Source: an uncultured candidate division Zixibacteria bacterium (GTDB lineage Bacteria > Zixibacteria > MSB-5A5 > UBA10806). Taken from it: a stretch of 64,000 nt of DNA. The position numbers and the translations under genes are program-made. Within the stretch, counting starts at the first letter, position 1; the number at the start of each line of letters is the position of its first letter. The DNA lies in the NCBI GenBank assembly GCA_963817915.1, contig CAWFQL010000009.1, forward strand, positions 96,001 to 160,000, given 5' to 3'. The notes below the pieces were generated by a model. That model worked only from the letters and a program-made list of their open reading frames with translations, searched no databases and was not told the DNA's origin. This document shows positions 1-9,374 of the stretch, in pieces.

Positions 1-1434
1 GACGCGCATGATTCCGGGCAGACCGTGCAAGGCAGAATTGTCAGAAGAATCAAAGGCGGAATGGTGGTCGACCTTTTTGGAGTCGAGGCCTTTTTACCCG
101 GTTCTCAGATTGCATTGAGGCAGGTGCCGGATTTTGACGCGCTTCTTACGACTACAATGGAATTAAAAATTATCAAGCTGAATAAAACTCGTAGAAATAT
201 CGTCGTCTCAAGACGTGTAGTTCTCGAAGAAGAACGCGAGAAAATGCGGGATCAGCTATTAAAGGAAATCGAGCCCGGTCAGGTCCGTCTCGGAGTGATC
301 AAGAATATTACCGATTTTGGAGTATTCATTGATCTCGGCGGAGTCGATGGGCTTTTACATATTACCGATATGTCCTGGGGACGAGTCAATCATCCATCTG
401 AAATTGTGCGGCTCGGCCAGGAACTTCAGGTCAAAATTCTCGATTACGATAAAACCAATAACAGAATTTCTCTCGGCCTTAAGCAATTGACTCCATATCC
501 ATGGGAAAATGTCGAAGAGAAATTTCCTGTTGGCACCAGAGTAAAAGGCAAGATCGTATCCATCACGGATTACGGCGCCTTCGTAGAGCTCGAAAAAGGA
601 ATCGAAGGGTTAATTCATATTTCCGAAATGTCATGGACTCAACATATAAAGCATCCATCTAAACTTTTGAGTGTCAATTCGGTTGTCGAGGCAGTTGTAT
701 TGTCCGTAGATAAGGAAAATGAAAAGATATCTCTCGGATTAAAGCAGCTTGAGCCCGATCCCTGGTTGACTCTCGATCTTAAATACCCAGTTGGAACCAA
801 GGTCACCGGCAAGGTAAGAAATCTAACCACATTCGGCGCATTCGTTGAAATTGAAGATGGTATCGATGGTTTGGTTCATATCTCTGATATGTCCTGGACT
901 AAGCGAATTCAGCATCCATCCGAAGTCATGAAACGCGGCGATGTTGTTGACGTAGTTGTCCTCGGAATCGATAAAGAAAATCGCAGGATTTCATTGGGGC
1001 ATAAGCAGGTCATGGCCGATCCCTGGCCCGAACTTCAACTCCAATACGCGATCAATACCGAAACAATCGGCACGATTGCTCGATTGCTCGATAGAGGCGT
1101 AATTGTCAATCTCACCGGCGATGTCGAAGGTTTTGTCCCAGCCAACCAATTAGGCAAAACTGATATCACTCGACCTTCCGACGCTTTTAATGAGGGTGAC
1201 GAAATACCTTTGAGAGTAATCGAATTCGATTCGCATAACCGACGTATCGTGCTTTCTGTGGATTCGTATTTTTCCGGCAAGGAAAAGGCCGATGTCGAAG
1301 CCTTTGTGGCAAAACACCCGACCAGATCCATCCCGGTAGCTGATATGATATCCCAGCAGGACGAAGGTCTTATTCCTCCGCAGGCAGCAGATGCTCATGG
1401 GGAGTCAGCCGAAAAGCCTCCAGAGAGTATTTAG
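1..1434 (+). CDS. rpsA: 30S ribosomal protein S1, 5' end outside the window
   Basis: Tandem S1 domains (ITDFGVFIDLGGVDGLLHITDMSW, TDYGAFVELEKGIEGLIHISEMSW, TTFGAFVEIEDGIDGLVHISDMSW); frame open from base 1. Confidence 0.97.
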   Translation, partial: DAHDSGQTVQGRIVRRIKGGMVVDLFGVEAFLPGSQIALRQVPDFDALLTTTMELKIIKLNKTRRNIVVSRRVVLEEEREKMRDQLLKEIEPGQVRLGVIKNITDFGVFIDLGGVDGLLHITDMSWGRVNHPSEIVRLGQELQVKILDYDKTNNRISLGLKQLTPYPWENVEEKFPVGTRVKGKIVSITDYGAFVELEKGIEGLIHISEMSWTQHIKHPSKLLSVNSVVEAVVLSVDKENEKISLGLKQLEPDPWLTLDLKYPVGTKVTGKVRNLTTFGAFVEIEDGIDGLVHISDMSWTKRIQHPSEVMKRGDVVDVVVLGIDKENRRISLGHKQVMADPWPELQLQYAINTETIGTIARLLDRGVIVNLTGDVEGFVPANQLGKTDITRPSDAFNEGDEIPLRVIEFDSHNRRIVLSVDSYFSGKEKADVEAFVAKHPTRSIPVADMISQQDEGLIPPQAADAHGESAEKPPESI

Positions 1435-1460
1435 GCGATTCGAAACAGTTTGATAATATG

Positions 1461-1490
1461 AGCCCCCCTTAAACAGGGGGCTTTCTTATT
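1461..1490 (+). terminator. Intrinsic terminator after rpsA
   Basis: AGCCCCC-loop-GGGGGCT stem followed by TTCTTATT. Confidence 0.8.
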
Positions 1491-1532
1491 GACAGGAATA
1501 TAGGTTTGTAGATAAATTTCGATGCATAGCAT

Positions 1533-2558
1533 ATGGCAACAAAGATGAAAATACCATCAATCGCGGCCTTATTTCGCCAAAAAACCGACCCGGGAAGAAT
1601 AAGAATCATTCTGGAAAGTCCGGGCAAAATCCTTTTGGTCAAGCAGTCCGAACGGTTGGGGAATATAGTCCTGATTAATTCAGCGATTGGGGCTCTCAAC
1701 AAATCGTTCCCAGGCTCCAAAATTGACCTGATGCTTCCGGCTAAGTATTGTGATTTAATGAAAGATGATGAAAGGATTAACCAGATAATCCCTGTCTATA
1801 AACGTCATTATATTCTAAGGCCCTGGAAGCTGATTCAGCTTCTGAATTTTATAAGGCGACAAAAATACGATCTCGCGATCGATTGCTCTGATGTTAATTC
1901 GCATTCCTCTACCGGCGTGATATACACGCTTCTTTCAAGAGCGGTAGTTACCGCTGGATGGAAGATGAATGAAAAGCGCGTTTTCGATGTTGAAGTGCCC
2001 CGTTATGGCGACGTACCGCACGCTTCCGAGATGTATTTGAGATTAATATCGGGTATTTTTGAGAAAAAGATGGAAGGCGAGCCGTATTTCGGCAGTATCG
2101 GTAAAGTAAGATTCGACACGAAAAGTTTAGTAGGTATTAATTGCGGCGGGCGGGACTCCAAGAGATGGTCTTTACAAAAATTTCTCGAAGTCGGTAAAAA
2201 ACTGGCTCAACAAGATATAAGTGTCGAGTTCATTCTTGGTCCTGAAGAAGCGGATATCAGGCAGAAATTCGAACAAGAATTGCCCAATAGTACGAGACTG
2301 TTACCGCCTGTATCTATACTGGAACTGAAAAGACGAATAGGTTCATACGATCTTTTTATTTCATCGGACAGCGGTCCCATGCATTTGGCGTGGTGCCAGC
2401 GGATTCCGGTGATTGCGATATTCCAGAGTTCCGAGATTGAAAAATTTAAACCTCTTTCACCGGGCTCAGTATCATTAGCTAATGGCAATGACATCAGCCC
2501 GGATGAAATATGTGCAATTGTGCTAAAAACTTTGAATTCGCAGAAGGTGGCTAAATGA
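1533..2558 (+). CDS. Glycosyltransferase family 9 (heptosyltransferase-like)
   Basis: YDLAID and FISSDSGPMHLA motifs; LPS context. Confidence 0.9.
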   Translation: MATKMKIPSIAALFRQKTDPGRIRIILESPGKILLVKQSERLGNIVLINSAIGALNKSFPGSKIDLMLPAKYCDLMKDDERINQIIPVYKRHYILRPWKLIQLLNFIRRQKYDLAIDCSDVNSHSSTGVIYTLLSRAVVTAGWKMNEKRVFDVEVPRYGDVPHASEMYLRLISGIFEKKMEGEPYFGSIGKVRFDTKSLVGINCGGRDSKRWSLQKFLEVGKKLAQQDISVEFILGPEEADIRQKFEQELPNSTRLLPPVSILELKRRIGSYDLFISSDSGPMHLAWCQRIPVIAIFQSSEIEKFKPLSPGSVSLANGNDISPDEICAIVLKTLNSQKVAK

Positions 2559-4384
2559 AGCTTTATTGGCGTTTATTGAGTTTTCTGAGGCCCCATCTAA
2601 AATATTTTCTGACTGCTGTCATCCTGGGGTTATTTTACGCGGCAATCAGCGGTGTATCCCTGACAATGGTTGTTCCCTTTACGAAAATTATCTTCGAACA
2701 GGATGTTTCTACGCCGCAGATCAGTTCAGAGCCGATCGATTATTCTAAATTGCTCAAGCTCGATAAAGATACGATAGTTCGGATAATCGGTGGGGAGACC
2801 AAGACCGAGCGACTGGGAAGATTCTGTATATTGCTGATAAGCATATTTCTGATTAAAAATATGTTTCTATATGGCTGGAGTTTTTTAATAGTCAGAGTGG
2901 AGCAGGGCGTGATTCGCGATCTGCGCGATACGTTATTTACCAAATATCATAATTTGCCATTGGAATTTTTCCATGTACATAAGGCTGGAGAGCTGATATC
3001 GAGAGTCACCAATGATATCATGCTGGTTCGCGGCGCGGTGGCCAATGGCCTTTCGGATTTGCTCAAGAATTTTTTCCTGGCGCTAATATTTTTAGTTTTG
3101 GTGTTTGTCTCAGCATGGAAATTGGCTCTGGCAGCAATACTCGTGATGCCGCCATCAATTATTCTTATCAGTATTCTTGGCAGGGCGCTCCGGGTTAAGT
3201 CCGCGATTACACAGCAAAAGATGGCATCGATTACCACCGTGCTCCAGGAAACAGTTTCAGGCATCAGAGTGGTAAAGGCATTCGCCATGGAAAGATTCGA
3301 GATAGGCCGTTTCAAGAAATACACGGGCGACTATTTTAAGACAATGGTGCGATTGACTCGTATCGGCTCGCTGGCGATTCCGATGACAGAATTATTGGGA
3401 GTAACCGCGGCCACATTGATATTATGGTATGGCGGAAGACAGATTCTCATGGGAACAGGCCTGACTCCCGATAGATTCTTTCTTTTTCTGGTTGCCATGT
3501 TATCATTGATGCAGCCCATTAAAGTATTGAGCCAGGCGAATATCGATATCCAACAGGGGTTGGCGGCTGCCGAACGATTATTCAAGATACTTGATGCTGA
3601 ATCAAAAATCGTAGAAAAGCCCAATCCGATCATAATGAATAATTTCAACGATTCGATTGTTTTTGAAAATGTATTCTACAAATATCCTGATGGCAGCTTT
3701 TCACTTGAGGAAATCAGCTTTGAAATAAAAAAGGGAGAGGTTATCGCTCTTGCGGGCCCATCCGGCGGCGGTAAATCTACTATAGTGGATTTGATCCCGC
3801 GTTTCTATGATCCGATTGCCGGAAGAGTTGTCTTGGACGGTCACGATCTCAAGGATGTCCAAATCCGCTCATTACGAAACTTAATGGGCATAGTCACGCA
3901 GGAGACTATTCTTTTTAATGATTCTGTCTATAATAATGTTGCTTACGGTCAATCTGAAATAGGCCGCGAGTCAGTTGAAAGAGCATTGGATGCCGCCTGC
4001 GCCCTTGATTTTGTTAACGAAATGCCGCAGGGATTGGATACGATAATAGGAGATAGGGGTGTTAAATTATCCGGCGGACAGAGGCAGAGGCTTGCGATTG
4101 CCAGAGCCCTCTTGAAGGACCCGCCTATTTTAATTTTCGATGAAGCTACGTCATCGCTGGATTCGCAATCCGAACAGCTAATTACAAAGGCAATTTCCAA
4201 TCTACTAGTTGGACGGACCGTAATAATAATCGCTCACCGGCTTTCGACAATCAGAAAAGCCAATAAAATCCTCGTCATAGAAAATGGGCGGATAGTTCAG
4301 ACCGGAGAGCACAGCGACCTTTTGACAGAAGGCGGCTTGTATAAAAGACTTTACGATCTGCAATTTCAGGACTTCAGCGTATGA
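2555..4384 (+). CDS. msbA: Lipid A export ABC transporter, permease plus ATPase
   Basis: N-terminal TM domain, Walker A GPSGGGKS, LSGGQRQR, ILIFDEATSSLD; inside the LPS operon. Confidence 0.85.
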   Translation: MKLYWRLLSFLRPHLKYFLTAVILGLFYAAISGVSLTMVVPFTKIIFEQDVSTPQISSEPIDYSKLLKLDKDTIVRIIGGETKTERLGRFCILLISIFLIKNMFLYGWSFLIVRVEQGVIRDLRDTLFTKYHNLPLEFFHVHKAGELISRVTNDIMLVRGAVANGLSDLLKNFFLALIFLVLVFVSAWKLALAAILVMPPSIILISILGRALRVKSAITQQKMASITTVLQETVSGIRVVKAFAMERFEIGRFKKYTGDYFKTMVRLTRIGSLAIPMTELLGVTAATLILWYGGRQILMGTGLTPDRFFLFLVAMLSLMQPIKVLSQANIDIQQGLAAAERLFKILDAESKIVEKPNPIIMNNFNDSIVFENVFYKYPDGSFSLEEISFEIKKGEVIALAGPSGGGKSTIVDLIPRFYDPIAGRVVLDGHDLKDVQIRSLRNLMGIVTQETILFNDSVYNNVAYGQSEIGRESVERALDAACALDFVNEMPQGLDTIIGDRGVKLSGGQRQRLAIARALLKDPPILIFDEATSSLDSQSEQLITKAISNLLVGRTVIIIAHRLSTIRKANKILVIENGRIVQTGEHSDLLTEGGLYKRLYDLQFQDFSV

Positions 4385-5418
4385 ACACGCCGTCTTCCGC
4401 GCTTTTTATTCAGCTTCGCCGGATTGGCGATATCCTAATGTGCACGCCTGCAATTCGCGCTTTCAAGGAGCTAAATCCTTCCTGCAAGCTTGATTTTCTG
4501 ACCGAATGGCCCGATGTGCTTCGCGGCAATCCCAATATCAGGGATATTATTACTGTCGATGCGAGCGAGCGATATAATCCATTATATCAATGGGGGCTCA
4601 TAAATAATATTCGCAAAAGAAAATATGATTTGGTAGTCGATTTTCTCGCTAACCCGAGAAGCGCGTATTATTCATTTCTAACCGGCGCAAATACAAGATT
4701 GAGCTATGGCTATGGTCACCGGAAATGGGCCTATAATCTAATTCCACCTAAAGCGGATAAAGTTCAATATGCAGCGCTCGATAGATTGCAACTTATCAAA
4801 TCTATTGATGTAGAATCGGATGCCCCGCGCCTCGAATTTTATCCTGATAATGATAGCAGAAAAGAGGCAAAGAAGTTGCTAGCCAACATTATTGGCAAAC
4901 CGATTGTATCAATATCGCCGGTATCCAGGCATCAATATAATTGCTGGCCCCTTGAAAAATATGCCGAATTGGGTCGGCGTCTTTCATTGAATCTTGGAAT
5001 GTCAGTAGTCATCGTAACAGGACCGGGAGAAAGCGATATTGCGGATAAAATGTCATCACTTATAGATAATTATCCTTCTCTTGTTCTCAAAATAGATAGC
5101 CTGGCATTATTAGGGGCCATTTTTGAAAATGTCTCATTGCATATTGGAAATGACAACGGACCAAAACATATTGCCGTCGCATGCGGCGCGCCGACTATAA
5201 CCATCTACGGTCCGCACAGCCCCATTGGCTGGACCTATCCTGATAGCACTCGGCATCTATGGATTGCGCCTAAAGAATTTTGCGAGGATTGCGCCACGAA
5301 AAAAAATCGATGCGATGCTAAATGTATTGCAGAAATCCCAGTTGACGCGGTATGGGAAAAGGCGCAGAGCCTTGTCAATTCGTTAAAGCCCGAAGGGTCA
5401 CCGATTAAGAAATCATGA
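4381..5418 (+). CDS. Glycosyltransferase family 9
   Basis: RRIGDILMCTP and HIGNDNGPKHIAVA motifs. Confidence 0.9.
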   Translation: MNTPSSALFIQLRRIGDILMCTPAIRAFKELNPSCKLDFLTEWPDVLRGNPNIRDIITVDASERYNPLYQWGLINNIRKRKYDLVVDFLANPRSAYYSFLTGANTRLSYGYGHRKWAYNLIPPKADKVQYAALDRLQLIKSIDVESDAPRLEFYPDNDSRKEAKKLLANIIGKPIVSISPVSRHQYNCWPLEKYAELGRRLSLNLGMSVVIVTGPGESDIADKMSSLIDNYPSLVLKIDSLALLGAIFENVSLHIGNDNGPKHIAVACGAPTITIYGPHSPIGWTYPDSTRHLWIAPKEFCEDCATKKNRCDAKCIAEIPVDAVWEKAQSLVNSLKPEGSPIKKS

Positions 5419-6518
5419 ATATAATTCAGATGATAGATGTTCGCTGGTACAACGCTTGTGCCGATTTCGCGATCAAGCAGGCACAGGCATTATCTCTTTT
5501 GGGACATAATGTCATGGTAATGGCAAATCCGGGATCGCCTCCGGCTCTTAAAGCCAAGGAAGCGAAACTATCGGTAAATGAGGAAATAAATTTTTCGAAA
5601 ATACCCGCGACATTTTGGTCGGTTGGAAAATTGAGAAGGATTGCGACTCAATTCAATGCCGATATTTTATTTGCTCATCGCGGCGAATCTCACCTCATTG
5701 CGGCGTTAGCGGCAAGAAAACTTCGATGTAAAGTCGTCAGATTCAGGGGAGATGTCCGTTCACCGAAGAACGACCTGTTCAATCGTTACCTTAATGAAAA
5801 GATGACCGATGGCATCGCAGTTTCGAGTGAATTGCTAAAATCGCAATATGAAAAGAAATTCAGATTAAACGGCGTACCGCTCGAAGTAATTTATCCGGGA
5901 ATAGATGAAAAAGAATATAAACCGATTCAAAATAAAAGTCATTTGAGGCGAAAATTCAAACTCGATCCTGACGATATTGTAATTGGTATCGTGGGGCGAT
6001 TTTCGCCGGTTAAAGGGCATCGATATTTTATCGAGGCGGCTAAATTGGTCTCCATGAAATATCCGCAGGCCACTTTCGTGATCGCCGGCGGCGATGCTCA
6101 AATAAGCGCGGCGGAGCTACAGATTTCGGCTACATTGCTTGGATTAAAAAAAATCCGTGTTTTGGGAATAGTTGATAATATCAACGAATTAATGGCGTCA
6201 TTTGATATCGGCGTAATCTCCTCAATAGATTCCGAAATGATTGCGAGAGTATTATTGGAATATTTCAGGGTCGGGTTACCTGTGGTGGGAACATCCGTCA
6301 ACCAAATATCAGAATTAATGCTACAATCTAATGGCGGCATTTTGGTTCCGCCAGCCGATTCGGTCGCCATGAGCAATGCTATTATTGATTTAATTTCGAA
6401 TCGCGCAAAGAGAGAGCAATTTGCTCTTAATGGAAGATCCTGGCTGGAAAAAAGGGGAACATTAGAAGCGCTGGGTGAAACTACAATAGCCTTTCTCAAT
6501 GAGGCGCTAAATGCCTAG
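5415..6518 (+). CDS. Glycosyltransferase family 4
   Basis: GT-B motifs VGRFSPVKG and EMIARVLLEY..GLPVVGT. Confidence 0.9.
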   Translation: MNIIQMIDVRWYNACADFAIKQAQALSLLGHNVMVMANPGSPPALKAKEAKLSVNEEINFSKIPATFWSVGKLRRIATQFNADILFAHRGESHLIAALAARKLRCKVVRFRGDVRSPKNDLFNRYLNEKMTDGIAVSSELLKSQYEKKFRLNGVPLEVIYPGIDEKEYKPIQNKSHLRRKFKLDPDDIVIGIVGRFSPVKGHRYFIEAAKLVSMKYPQATFVIAGGDAQISAAELQISATLLGLKKIRVLGIVDNINELMASFDIGVISSIDSEMIARVLLEYFRVGLPVVGTSVNQISELMLQSNGGILVPPADSVAMSNAIIDLISNRAKREQFALNGRSWLEKRGTLEALGETTIAFLNEALNA

Positions 6519-7617
6519 GCCACATCCGATGACATTGAATATCGGATTTTATCTGCTCATACTATTTGCACTGTTTATTTCTATCAATCCGCTTATCGCC
6601 TATTGCCTCGGCGCAATAGCGTTAGTTATATGGATTAGTCAAAGCTTGATATATAGAGATGCTGATTGGATTAAAATGCCACTATTTTATTATCTCTTTG
6701 GCCTGAGTCTCTTGGCATTTCTAGCATGGGCAGTATTCTTGATTTACGATAAATCCTATAAACTCCCATATTATGTTTGGATGCCTATTCTGTATCTAAT
6801 GGTATCATCGTTTATTTTTTCGGGCGAGCGGCGTAAAATGATAGTGTGGACATTTATCACGGGAGTCATACTGGCGTCGGCATTTCATTTGATTTCACAC
6901 TGGACATCGATTTCCAATTTCAATATTCACGGACATTCGGCCGAGCCAAGGCTGGCGTTGATGGTGATATTTTCATTTTGCCTGATATTGGGAATTTATG
7001 TAGAATCAAAAAAGGCTCAAGAGAAAATATTCTTTATCCTGATGCTGGTGCCATTATTCGCCGTGGCAACATTGTCGTTGGGACGCCCTGTCATTATGGG
7101 TCTGATACTTTTGGTATTAATTCTTGGAATAATAAAAGATCGCACATTACTCATACTTTTCATTTTGATGACTTCGATAATTTTATATGGCGCTTACAAA
7201 GTCAATAATATCATGCTGGTAAATAAATCAGTTAAAGAATTGAAGACTTTTGTATTATCGGCTGGCAAAGAATTCGATACTAATAAGGCTAATATCGTAA
7301 ATACCAAGTTTTATGGCACGATCGAGAACCTAACGCCTTACAAGCATGACTCTTCGATAAGAGGTTCAATGTTTTTGAGATTGCTCGAAAAATCGGGACC
7401 ATTTTCGCTCGCATTATTCATTTGGATTCTCGCTGATCAAAACAGGAGGTCTCGCGCCAGAATGAGAAAATCATCATTCGATGAAACGCGCGCCTTTCAT
7501 TTTGGAATATTTTTGATTTCGCTTGTTTGCTTTATTATCTGCATCTATACATCCGTTTTGATCGACCCGGCAGTTTTATGTTCACTTTATCTCATTTTGG
7601 GAATGTCTGAAGTATGA
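6511..7617 (+). CDS. Polytopic membrane protein, O-antigen ligase/polymerase-like (divergent)
   Basis: About 10 hydrophobic segments with a large late loop; overlaps glycosyltransferase genes on both sides. Confidence 0.55.
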   Translation: MPRPHPMTLNIGFYLLILFALFISINPLIAYCLGAIALVIWISQSLIYRDADWIKMPLFYYLFGLSLLAFLAWAVFLIYDKSYKLPYYVWMPILYLMVSSFIFSGERRKMIVWTFITGVILASAFHLISHWTSISNFNIHGHSAEPRLALMVIFSFCLILGIYVESKKAQEKIFFILMLVPLFAVATLSLGRPVIMGLILLVLILGIIKDRTLLILFILMTSIILYGAYKVNNIMLVNKSVKELKTFVLSAGKEFDTNKANIVNTKFYGTIENLTPYKHDSSIRGSMFLRLLEKSGPFSLALFIWILADQNRRSRARMRKSSFDETRAFHFGIFLISLVCFIICIYTSVLIDPAVLCSLYLILGMSEV

Positions 7618-8378
7618 CAACACAAACTATTTCTGCAGTAATAATAACGAGAAATGAAGAGCGCAATATTGTCGATGCTTTGGCAACGCTGCAATTCGCG
7701 GATCAGATTGTAGTCGCTGATACCGGGAGTACCGATAAGACCATCGAGTACGCCCGACGTCAGGGTGCAGAGGTTCAGAAAATACAATTCGAGGGTTATG
7801 GACCGACCAAAAATAAGGCGCTCGAATTCTGTCATTGCGATTGGATTCTATTTATTGATGCCGATGAGCGAATTTCCCCGCAACTGGCGCAGGAGATCAA
7901 GGAAACTTTGGTAAATCATCACAATTTCGATGGCTTTGAAATCTGCCGCCTTACCTATTTTTTGGAAAAGCCAATAAGACATTCAGGATGGTATCCTGAT
8001 TATGTGCTGCGGCTTTTTAAAAACGGCAAAGGGAAATTCAGTGATAAACTGGTGCACGAAAGCCTGAATGTATTTGGGCATGTGGGTAGGCTCAAAGGAT
8101 TGATTCATCATCATAGCTATATGACATTGGAACAGTATCTTGAAAAAATGAATCTCTATTCTACATTGAACGCCGAGGAGATGTACAACTCGGGGAAAAC
8201 TTATCGATTTGCGGATTTGGTGTTTCGTCCGCCGGCGACATTTCTACGCATGTATATAGCTAAGGCAGGTTTTCTCGATGGTATGAGAGGCTTTGTTCTG
8301 GCGACATTATCGTCTTTTCATGTTTTTACCAAATACGCAAAATTTCGAGGGCTTTCTAAGAAGAAACAAAATGCATAA
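7614..8378 (+). CDS. Glycosyltransferase family 2, LPS core beta-glucosyltransferase-like (WaaE/KdtX-like)
   Basis: ITRNEE, DTGSTD, WILFIDADE, GWYPDYVLRLF and VHE motifs. Confidence 0.9.
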   Translation: MTTQTISAVIITRNEERNIVDALATLQFADQIVVADTGSTDKTIEYARRQGAEVQKIQFEGYGPTKNKALEFCHCDWILFIDADERISPQLAQEIKETLVNHHNFDGFEICRLTYFLEKPIRHSGWYPDYVLRLFKNGKGKFSDKLVHESLNVFGHVGRLKGLIHHHSYMTLEQYLEKMNLYSTLNAEEMYNSGKTYRFADLVFRPPATFLRMYIAKAGFLDGMRGFVLATLSSFHVFTKYAKFRGLSKKKQNA

Positions 8379-9372
8379 TCCTGAAAATATTCTTCTGATT
8401 CGAAACGATCGACTCGGGGATTTGATATTATCGTTGCCGGTAGCCGCGACATTGAAAGACCATTTTCCCGATGCCAGAATTTCTTATCTTGCGGCCCGAG
8501 GGCCGTCCGCGATCCATAAACTTGTTGATTATGTGGATAATTGGCTTATCGACTCTGATAGTAACGGCACGAAACTTAGTATCATTTCGCTTACGACCTT
8601 GATTAAACGAGGCAAATTCGATTGCTCCATAGAATTAAAACCTTCATGGCGAACTTCTGCGGCGATGTTTCTTGCTGGAATCCCAAGAAGGATAGGGACA
8701 TCACGCCGAGCTTATTCAATTTTTCATAATCAGCGGGTCAATCTTCACCGTCGAGCTTCCGGTTTGCATCAAACCGACCTTGATCTTGCCATGCTCCAGC
8801 CGCTTGGCATCAGCTCCAAAGGTTCTTTACCTATTCTGAAATCTACGCCTGACTGTATCGCAAAAGCTGAAAAACTGCTGCCGTCGGATATTGGCAAATA
8901 TATTGTAATTCATCCCGGACACGGCGGCTCCGCTCCAAATTGGCCGATCGATAATTATATATTACTCGCCGAATTGCTTTCCAAAGAAATAGGACTGAAA
9001 GTTGTCATAACAGGTGAGGGTAATAGCGAATCAGACTTCGAAGATTGCGTCAATCTTTCAAGCAAGACTGATTTGGAAGCCCTGGCGGGAGTAATTTCAA
9101 GAGCCGAACTATTCATCTCTGGCAGCACAGGCCCATTGCATCTGGCCGACGCGTTGGGGAAAAAATGCCTATCCTTTTTTTCTAATCGCGATGATATAGG
9201 ACCAGATCGATGGGGACCCAGAAAAAACATGGCTAATATTTTAATTCCGGAAAATAAATGCCAATGCAAAAATCTAAAATTCTGCCGATGTCTGGAACAA
9301 ATCCAGCCCCAATATGTATTGAAAAGGATAAGAGGACTACTGGGCATTTCTTTTAAGGAATTGGGAGCTTAA
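8371..9372 (+). CDS. Glycosyltransferase family 9
   Basis: RNDRLGDLILSLP and STGPLHLADA; start moved to ATG 8371, overlapping the upstream stop. Confidence 0.9.
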   Translation: MHNPENILLIRNDRLGDLILSLPVAATLKDHFPDARISYLAARGPSAIHKLVDYVDNWLIDSDSNGTKLSIISLTTLIKRGKFDCSIELKPSWRTSAAMFLAGIPRRIGTSRRAYSIFHNQRVNLHRRASGLHQTDLDLAMLQPLGISSKGSLPILKSTPDCIAKAEKLLPSDIGKYIVIHPGHGGSAPNWPIDNYILLAELLSKEIGLKVVITGEGNSESDFEDCVNLSSKTDLEALAGVISRAELFISGSTGPLHLADALGKKCLSFFSNRDDIGPDRWGPRKNMANILIPENKCQCKNLKFCRCLEQIQPQYVLKRIRGLLGISFKELGA

Positions 9373-9374
9373 GA

